In this document: piece after piece, positions 58,101 to 64,000 of the stretch | Position numbering within the stretch: position 1 is the first letter of the stretch | Layout: the number at the start of each line of letters is the position of its first letter | From: Escherichia coli | GTDB lineage: Bacteria > Pseudomonadota > Gammaproteobacteria > Enterobacterales > Enterobacteriaceae | Length of the DNA: 64,000 nt | NCBI RefSeq assembly: GCF_045037415.1 | Contig: NZ_CP173440.1 | Reading direction: 5' to 3' (one strand) | Program-made: the position numbers and the translations under genes | Notes under the pieces: generated by a model | The model's database searches: none | What the model was told of the DNA's origin: nothing | The model's input: only the letters and a program-made list of their open reading frames with translations

Positions 58101-59426
58101 ATCAATGACAACGCTCTTGATGTCGGCAACACCCTCTTCGCCCTGGAATGCAGCAATAACGATCTCATTCAGGAAGTACACCTGGTCCCGCTTAACAAGC
58201 TCTGAGCCGTCCTTGAAAACGGAAACAGATGGTTCATCAGACAGTATAAGTTTAGATTCCGGTTCGGTATAACTGGAATCATTGCCCGCTGTATTAGACA
58301 CAGAATATGTTGCAACGTAAGAAGCGCTGGCCAGATCGCTTATATCAAAAAAATAAACAAATTTACCCGCAACTTCCTGATATCCGGCGACAGGTTGAAG
58401 AGTTCGACGGGACGGAGTTGACCAAATTTTGTTAAAATTAAGCTCCGTACCATCATCTAAAGTAACTTTTGTCATTGGAGAGAAGCTACCATCAGGAGCA
58501 AGTGTGAGCGACATTGCAGCAGGTTTCCACCAGTCATTGGTATCTGACCGGGCAGGAACCGAGACAGCTACAGCGATCGTCTGCGGAGCAACGTAGATAT
58601 CTTTATCTCCGATCTTGAATGACCGAGCTTCTTTAGAGACGTTCCAGAAGGTATTGTCTATCGCTGGAGCGCGGTAATCCCAGCTTAATCTCACCTTAGA
58701 GGTTACTGGTGGGGAGAAGTAATTATTGAACGAGTTTAAGGTTACGCCTACATCCCTGCTTCCGAAATCGGAACTCCCATCACTGATGCCTACGCTTCCG
58801 GTCGTTATAGAACATTTTGAGGCTCCTGCAGCAATGGCGCAGGATGTCCCAGAACCGACAGACGCGACCATATCGTAGTCTCGGGGTTCAACGGTTATAT
58901 CAATATTTGAGAGTGTCTCGTTTTTAATGTATGACGTCAGTGTTGAACCGGAAGAACCGTTGCTCATTGAACCTTTTATAGAAGTAATCACAGGAGCTAC
59001 AGGCGCAACAGTCTTGAAGTTGTACTCCCCTTCCTTGACTATGACTTTTTCACGTTCTGAGCCCGAGTAGTAAACGATTTGCCATGGAAGTTTGATATCC
59101 CCAGCGATGGCAGGGATGCCCTTCAGTGAGAACCCATTAGCAATCGGCATACCGGAATTATTAGGTAACCATTCAAACACACATTTCAGGCTACCAGCCG
59201 TACTTTTGACATTAGGATCAGAGGACACCTCGCATCCCTCAGATACCGGAATAGCTGTAACCGTACTTTCTTTCACGAAGGCCGTATTTACTTGTGAACT
59301 GGTAGAAAATTTGACATCTGGTAATGACGTTTCCAGGGTACCGGAAACCATTATCGATTCTGCGTTTGAAAAAGCACTGAACACAGAACAGAACATCAGG
59401 AAAGAGATTTTATTAATTTTAGTCAT
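55185..59426 (-). CDS. Very large secreted beta-rich surface protein, probably with bacterial Ig-like repeats (resembles the IncHI RSP-type protein)
   Basis: 1413 aa. It has the signal peptide MTKINKISFLMFCSVFSAFSNA and a repetitive T/V/S/K-rich beta-strand composition, and sits just upstream of trhP. The Ig-like call comes from recalled IncHI literature, not a computed domain hit. Confidence 0.55.
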   Translation of the reverse strand: MTKINKISFLMFCSVFSAFSNAESIMVSGTLETSLPDVKFSTSSQVNTAFVKESTVTAIPVSEGCEVSSDPNVKSTAGSLKCVFEWLPNNSGMPIANGFSLKGIPAIAGDIKLPWQIVYYSGSEREKVIVKEGEYNFKTVAPVAPVITSIKGSMSNGSSGSTLTSYIKNETLSNIDITVEPRDYDMVASVGSGTSCAIAAGASKCSITTGSVGISDGSSDFGSRDVGVTLNSFNNYFSPPVTSKVRLSWDYRAPAIDNTFWNVSKEARSFKIGDKDIYVAPQTIAVAVSVPARSDTNDWWKPAAMSLTLAPDGSFSPMTKVTLDDGTELNFNKIWSTPSRRTLQPVAGYQEVAGKFVYFFDISDLASASYVATYSVSNTAGNDSSYTEPESKLILSDEPSVSVFKDGSELVKRDQVYFLNEIVIAAFQGEEGVADIKSVVIDNVMASYTPTNVKGIYRLKPMPSLETNKVHTLTVVAENVNGISKTYSIDFTYMPMTFTLKSIESASTIYGYVRPYTSLVTQQSGNTCKIFSTEEDAQAFLSQFGTAVYGTACYVQWNNVPSGLEFYSKSKVPGLTGYFSKVGDNVLDYNVYVINTKGSKAIATHNRKTVKAVEPFAPEISYKMSKTVETLGKDTALVYITGGDAAKVLAKSVPANVVLTTKVEGQDAETKTYKNKSGGDTPVTYSERIKVPAAPLWTQTNVNIEASYENEASIKSSSVLKVYTVPNFSIRAYMKVAERKSATSLKVPVSVNIGQWNNSCNCTLYDASTMGQWDVVVYKVTSKWVTDEETGKDVSVTERTPLTGDLPVNSEGIATGELNMDDLTLGSHRIIAVATVRSPFKDFVLKRETSTTSIRVYKGANLEGGLSKSLIVGRVPLSAMVSFRTKSTDDYDSLSPTEWQMSSNNGSTWNTLEDMTGLRSVSIKQKEVGKWLYRAKLTNKYTGKVSYTDNLTVVAYREPKPVISVGKVLEGHSIPVTLTDNNEDVQGSAVEVQWSEDGEEWTEGGVKYMITSSEVPKYIFAKVRYTETDEMAGKSAWKETRARVTVIKHKKLSVKVEGNSQVEVGKKVTLQGTYTNPNIEYSSDAKVVQEWVLPDGSVKQGGLLDTVLTEDMLDERGYATFTYQAYMPEAKDRTIAKRKISVKSWVYKFPEPRLNTKLKYTMIPSELTVSVSGVDVSYPGVVFTQDWQYDKNVMTLSSDNNGTKVFQVTKSGTHTLTYVLKDNRNNEARVDYTFIVNEQSPMEISVTPKYSNKFMRAPLDLSLRSSVKLAHSADSIDNVTFKLNGKPVDGGKNYWSQTFENIMEGSYKLEMDVVSTQGQRGVVVVDFDVIPNTPPTCNLTYTETQLSWAFTAKCSDPDGKISSYVWKVNDQVRGVFGSTATLSKAQNKGKLVVSITAYDDSGDSATSFITLNN

Positions 59427-59553
59427 GGAACGCTCTGATCGTAGTTATGCCATAGTTACATCTAATGTATCCTATGAACAGAGCGTATTTTTCCCATTAA
59501 GGGAAGTATCTTCATTGAAATTCCCGTAAAACGGGAATGGCTGGACAGAAAAG

Positions 59554-60093
59554 TTACTTTTGTAGTTGAGCATTTGCATTAAGACGCATGCACGTTAGAA
59601 CCGCGTCAGATGGAACCCCTGGATTTCGGGCCAGTATGACGGATAAGAGGAAAAGACCTAAGCGAAGGCAGGCGGCAGGATCAATACTAATTTTATGTAT
59701 AAAGTTAATGTCTCGCTCGTCTTTGTTGATAGCTACAACGCCCCCCTCCAACATTGCTGTGGATTTACCATCAAAAGTAACTTTTACGTTTTTGTAGACT
59801 TGCTTATTATGGTGCTTTGTTTTTTTATCTTTCAGAACAGCCTCACGAGTAAGGCGAAGAAACGCCATACACAAAGCGATCACTTCATCATCACTCAGCT
59901 TTGTTGAAAAGGCCTTTTGCCCAGTCCAGTCAAACGCGCCCGGCTTAGATGCTAAAGGCCCAGCAAGGATAAGATTCACACTGCCATTTGTCTCAGAATA
60001 ATTGAGCTCAAGTGCTGTCTTACCGGAATTAAATACCTTTTCATTTCGGTAAGGTTGATGCTGTGGAACATCATTATTTATATTTTCCACCAA
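59554..60093 (-). CDS. Hypothetical 179-aa protein (non-ATG start, TTG/GTG)
   Basis: The ORF begins TTG GTG, preceded by AAGGTGAAGGA. Its stop codon lies inside a copy of the backbone palindrome. Confidence 0.45.
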   Translation of the reverse strand: MVENINNDVPQHQPYRNEKVFNSGKTALELNYSETNGSVNLILAGPLASKPGAFDWTGQKAFSTKLSDDEVIALCMAFLRLTREAVLKDKKTKHHNKQVYKNVKVTFDGKSTAMLEGGVVAINKDERDINFIHKISIDPAACLRLGLFLLSVILARNPGVPSDAVLTCMRLNANAQLQK

Positions 60094-60482
60094 ATATGTC
60101 CTTCACCTTCGTTGATTAAATCCTTCACCAGACCAATGTAGGTATTCCCTCCAGATTGCTTCATCGCAAAAATATAAGCACTGGTCTCTAGCATTAGATA
60201 GTCTCCCGATGGAGCACCAGGTGGAACCTCTGTAGAGCTAAGACTTTTAATGTACTCCTTTTTAACAATAGAAGGAATGTTGTTTATCATTATTGTTTTT
60301 TCATCAACGATCTTAAAATTCATACTGGTTTCAGCGCCCGCCAGACTTACGGCATGAACCGAGTTTTGCTTAAAGCTCGACAGGCTTGGTTTATTCATAG
60401 TTAGAGAATAAATACCTAGCAGGGTAATAAGTGGAACTATGAAGAAACTAACTTTTTTAATACTCACTATCTTCATCGTCAT
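60078..60482 (-). CDS. Small exported/membrane-anchored protein
   Basis: From the Met at 60482 (AAGGGGGA RBS) it reads MTMKIVSIKKVSFFIVPLITLLGIYSL... Confidence 0.45.
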   Translation of the reverse strand: MTMKIVSIKKVSFFIVPLITLLGIYSLTMNKPSLSSFKQNSVHAVSLAGAETSMNFKIVDEKTIMINNIPSIVKKEYIKSLSSTEVPPGAPSGDYLMLETSAYIFAMKQSGGNTYIGLVKDLINEGEGHIWWKI

Positions 60483-60915
60483 CAAATCCCCCTTGGGTCT
60501 GGCATGCAGTAATGTAAAGAATTCTAAGTTGATGTAGGAAATTTTCTGCTGTAGCACCACCTACAAATGTTATCATTCTGTTAATTCTGATGCCTGCATC
60601 TTCAAGTTCAAACTCAGCTATTCCACAATCCGACATTATTGTCATCGTGTTTTCATCTGGGTCTTCATCAAGCGAAGGGGGTATAATAATGGATAAGATA
60701 ACAGTATCTACTGGAGCTATTTCCCAATTGTGTTCCTCTCGGGCCATAGGAATTATCTGAATAAAATACCCATCCAGGATCAAAGAAAGTGGATTGCGGG
60801 TGTTGTCAGCAAACCCAAAATTACTGGTTGCTTCTTCGAAGTTTAAGCCAGAGCGCTCAATAATCTTGAGAAGTTCCTGCTTTCGTACCCCATGGTAAAT
60901 CATGCCATCTGTCAT
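60457..60915 (-). CDS. Acidic 152-aa protein (YbjN/secretion-chaperone-like, tentative)
   Basis: Size, composition and the acidic tail DDDEDSEY. No firm motif. Confidence 0.35.
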   Translation of the reverse strand: MTDGMIYHGVRKQELLKIIERSGLNFEEATSNFGFADNTRNPLSLILDGYFIQIIPMAREEHNWEIAPVDTVILSIIIPPSLDEDPDENTMTIMSDCGIAEFELEDAGIRINRMITFVGGATAENFLHQLRILYITACQTQGGFDDDEDSEY

Positions 60916-61153
60916 CTGTAGTTACTCATGTGCTTTGATGGATAGTGTGTCGCTAAAAATCATACCAAAAACAAAGTATTCCTACCTCAGCCAGAGTGAG
61001 AAAAAGTTAACTTTCGCTCTGAACCTGTAGGTTTATCTAATCTTAGCTTAACATGTAAGCTACCGATATCTGCACCGCTCATAATTCTAAGGGCTCGTAT
61101 TATTCACTTGTTGAACTAGATCATCAATCGAAAGGAACACATTACAACGCGCC

Positions 61154-61166
61154 AAAAGTTACTTTT
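61154..61166. promoter_or_regulatory. Intergenic perfect copy of the backbone palindrome AAAAGTTACTTTT
   Basis: One of three related sites in the non-coding region 60916-61598. The others are at 61001-61015 and 61477-61490. Confidence 0.55.
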
Positions 61167-61598
61167 ATCAGAATGCACACAATTTAGCTCGAATAAGAAT
61201 CTGGATTGTGATTTGGTAACAGGATCTTTAACTTTAGCAATCAGAGTATGCCTTGCTTTTACATTGCAGTATCACCATTTAAAACAATAAGTTATAACGA
61301 AACGCCAAGTGTTTGATAACATGCCTTTTCACTGGATCTGCGCTTACGAATGTGGCACTGAGGCAATTCTTTAACTTTGTAAAGAATGAGTGAGCCCGCG
61401 CTGGAGGTCAGACCTTTGGTTGCATTTAAACCACGTGTGTTACATGCCTACATGGGAATGATTCTCATCAACTATTAAAAAGTCACTTTTACATAAATCT
61501 AACAATGTACTGAAAAAAAATATTGTAAAAATAGCTTTTTTCCTCTCTGGCGACGTCATCACATCCCTCATAAATGTATGATCACACAGAGGTGATAA

Positions 61599-62402
61599 AT
61601 GACTATTCTTTCAAATCTAAGTATTGACCTTACTGATTTTTCAGGACGAATTCTTATCGTCAGTGACCTTTATGGACATTTTGAACTGTTACTCAAGGGC
61701 CTTTCAAAACTGACCCAGTCCGGTGATGAAGTGGTTGTTATAACTACTGGTAATTTGTTTGACTGGGGCCCTTCCCCCTGTCAGCTGCTTGGGGCAGTGG
61801 TTTACAAAAAATTTGGTGACAGGAAAGTTCATTTTTTCACTGTGGTAGGTTTTCATGAATTACTTATGACTGATGCTATTACTCAAAAGTACCTTAAAAC
61901 CTTCAGGTACTTTCCGGATACACATACTCGTAAACACTGGAGAAGTTTAGGTGGAAGCTGGCATGACTCTTACGACCAGATTTTGCTTGAACGTGATATT
62001 TATAAAATCGATTACCCACTGGTAATAAATCTCAAAACAAAACTAGGAACATACATAATTGGTTCGTCAGATATCCCCCACGATGGTGGTAACTGGAACA
62101 CTCTCATGGCAACCTTGAACAAGTTGGATAACCAAAACTTACGCATTATGGCGAGTAATATAACCAGAACTAGGTATTTTCTAGAATCAGGAAAGACAAT
62201 AGATGATATATCGCTTGTAGTATTAGGGGTGCATCAACCTGATCAATTAAAACGAATTCTCACAGGGCAAACTGAACTAGCTAAATCAACCTTGTGTCTG
62301 TTCCCTAACAACTGGGATGGACTCTCAAATGCACCACTGGATTTCAAAATTCGATTTCTTGACATCACTGAAAGTGAATATGGGAGTTGCTATGAGTTTT
62401 AA
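61599..62402 (+). CDS. Lambda/PrpA-type PPP phosphatase homologue with substituted catalytic residues (pseudophosphatase)
   Basis: Colinear with lambda phosphatase motifs, but GDLHG reads SDLYG, GDLVDRG reads GNLFDWG, GNHE reads GFHE, and CHAD reads GSSD. Confidence 0.6.
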   Translation: MTILSNLSIDLTDFSGRILIVSDLYGHFELLLKGLSKLTQSGDEVVVITTGNLFDWGPSPCQLLGAVVYKKFGDRKVHFFTVVGFHELLMTDAITQKYLKTFRYFPDTHTRKHWRSLGGSWHDSYDQILLERDIYKIDYPLVINLKTKLGTYIIGSSDIPHDGGNWNTLMATLNKLDNQNLRIMASNITRTRYFLESGKTIDDISLVVLGVHQPDQLKRILTGQTELAKSTLCLFPNNWDGLSNAPLDFKIRFLDITESEYGSCYEF

Positions 62403-63108
62403 GAATTTAGCTTGTGTTATCTTATTGTTTCCAAAAGCAAGCTACGTAATGGCAGGCTCTCAGCTCCAGCTAAGTTCTGATGTTATGGTTGACCAGAAAA
62501 TGAAAAACATTGTTGTCCAAACAAGTTATTTTAAAAACAAAATTGACAACACAAAATTTATTCGAATTAGCAATCACACAAGATCATTCCCATTAATCCT
62601 CTCCTTACCGGAAATTAAATACTCTGTCATCATAAAAAATGGACACAGTACGCTTCTCTCAGAAGATGATGGCATGATTTGGGTAGAACCTGGGAGTAAC
62701 GTCATACTAAAAATTAAAGAAGCTGAAAAACTCTACGATTTCATTCCAATAGTCTACATTACAGGGAAAAAGAAACCAAATGTACTTACTGTTTTACCCG
62801 GTAAAGCAATTAGTGCTGCAAAAGAGACAAAGCTAATTGAATATAAAGTTTCTCCAAATCAAAAAAGAATGTCTCATAATGATAAGGTTGTTAAGTTATC
62901 AGGCTTTGGTAACATAAATAAACTGAAGAAAGGTTTTTATGAAGTACAGGTCGACAAATTTACTTCTGTGAGCTTTGATAAGGAGGCTTTTATAATTACC
63001 CGAAATAATATGCTTGCGGGATCACAATATTACACTAAAAATCTTGTTGCCTATCCACATGAAAAAATAATAATGAATATTAGCGGAGAAACTCATGTTG
63101 AAAAATAG
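62392..63108 (+). CDS. Secreted 238-aa protein
   Basis: I prefer the Met at 62392 (GGGAG RBS; overlaps the upstream stop). Signal peptide MSFKNLACVILLFPKASYVMA. Confidence 0.5.
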   Translation: MSFKNLACVILLFPKASYVMAGSQLQLSSDVMVDQKMKNIVVQTSYFKNKIDNTKFIRISNHTRSFPLILSLPEIKYSVIIKNGHSTLLSEDDGMIWVEPGSNVILKIKEAEKLYDFIPIVYITGKKKPNVLTVLPGKAISAAKETKLIEYKVSPNQKRMSHNDKVVKLSGFGNINKLKKGFYEVQVDKFTSVSFDKEAFIITRNNMLAGSQYYTKNLVAYPHEKIIMNISGETHVEK

Positions 63109-63595
63109 TCTGATGTTCCTTGTAATAATTTTACTAACAGCTTGTCACCACACACCCGGATGGCATAAAACGCTACCTGCGATTAACTTTAGCCCTGTTA
63201 AAACAGTTGAAATGCCAGGGAAGGTTACAGGGAAATATTCTGTTCGCGTAGTCAATGCAGGTATCGACGTATATATTATAATTGACAATGGTTATAATGA
63301 GTTTATGACTGTAGATAAACTTTCCTTATACGGAAATCGTTGCGGATATGAGTCTCAGGGGGAGTTGCTCATTCCTCCCGCTGCAGTCAGTACATATATG
63401 GTTCCTAATGTAGCATTATTAGGTCTGTGCTATACAGATGATATAAAGTTGATTTTCATTAACAATACATTCAATGGTTTGTCCAAGGATAAGAAGGATA
63501 CAACTGTCCCTATTGAAGTGATGATGCAGTTTAAGCTTACTTCTGCTAAAGAAAAAGAGGAATTTAATGATGTTATTTATAGCTCGTGGAATTAA
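63095..63595 (+). CDS. Lipoprotein (166 aa)
   Basis: MLKNSLMFLVIILLTAC lipobox. The start overlaps the upstream gene. Confidence 0.6.
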   Translation: MLKNSLMFLVIILLTACHHTPGWHKTLPAINFSPVKTVEMPGKVTGKYSVRVVNAGIDVYIIIDNGYNEFMTVDKLSLYGNRCGYESQGELLIPPAAVSTYMVPNVALLGLCYTDDIKLIFINNTFNGLSKDKKDTTVPIEVMMQFKLTSAKEKEEFNDVIYSSWN

Positions 63596-63983
63596 AAAAG
63601 TTTGCTTAGCTGGATTCGCTATTGTTCTGACAACAAGTGCATCATGGGCCTTTACCTATACGATTGACTCAAATCCCCAAGGAGCTGTAGTCATTAATGT
63701 GATCACAAAGGAAAGAATGGGTTTGACACCAATTAAAGTGGATATACCAGATACACAGGAAGGAAAAACATTTGGTATCCTTTACAAAGACTACCGAAAT
63801 GTTGCCCTCATGATATACAAACCAGCACCAACCGCAGAGAGAGCTTTTACTAATAGTCCACCCGTTGTGGTCACTAGCGCTCTTCCTGGTGAATATCCCT
63901 TAAGTGTAAATATTGATGAAGTACGGGATAAAGTTGTTGTGGATTTGCGTCCAGTCATGTCACAACCTGTTACTTTACAATAA
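63567..63983 (+). CDS. Secreted PEGA-like domain protein (138 aa)
   Basis: Signal peptide, then TIDSNPQGAVVINVITKERMGLTPIKVDI, which resembles a PEGA motif. Confidence 0.45.
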   Translation: MMLFIARGIKKVCLAGFAIVLTTSASWAFTYTIDSNPQGAVVINVITKERMGLTPIKVDIPDTQEGKTFGILYKDYRNVALMIYKPAPTAERAFTNSPPVVVTSALPGEYPLSVNIDEVRDKVVVDLRPVMSQPVTLQ

Positions 63984-64000
63984 AAAAGGGGCTTATGCCC

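Overview
This window looks like part of a large IncHI-type conjugative multidrug-resistance plasmid from an enterobacterial host.

- **1-13.2 kb, resistance mosaic:** msr(E) (partial), ISEc29-like IS and armA form a Tn1548-type module. Then come IS26, an IS26-truncated IS5075-like element sitting in a Tn21-type inverted repeat, and sul2-glmM'-ISCR2-resolvase (GIsul2/ARI-B-type). A second, inverted IS26 truncates a PAS-MCP gene.
- **13.4-16 kb:** two nuclease-like genes.
- **19.1-21.5 kb, iteron replicon:** DnaA box, AT-rich tract, 6 x 21-bp iterons, repA, and a 27 x 42-bp iteron array.
- **21.7-26.3 kb:** a CoiA-like gene, hha, a group II intron and a tyrosine recombinase.
- **26.4-42.1 kb:** about 20 genes all on the minus strand. 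They include Tus-like, Toprim primase-like, HExxH-vWA, a 358-aa gene, a CobS/MoxR-like AAA+ ATPase, an OB-fold protein and a UvrD-like helicase.
- **42.4-47.5 kb:** stbDE-type toxin-antitoxin, two IS200/IS605-family elements, and a decayed TraG_N gene.
- **48-64 kb:** H/F-type T4SS genes (trhN, trhU, trhW, trhP-like), a 1413-aa secreted protein, and an envelope operon headed by a pseudophosphatase.

The most striking unexplained signal is a 13-bp palindrome, AAAAGT-W-ACTTTT. About 20 copies are scattered through coding and non-coding backbone DNA, and none lie in recently acquired segments.
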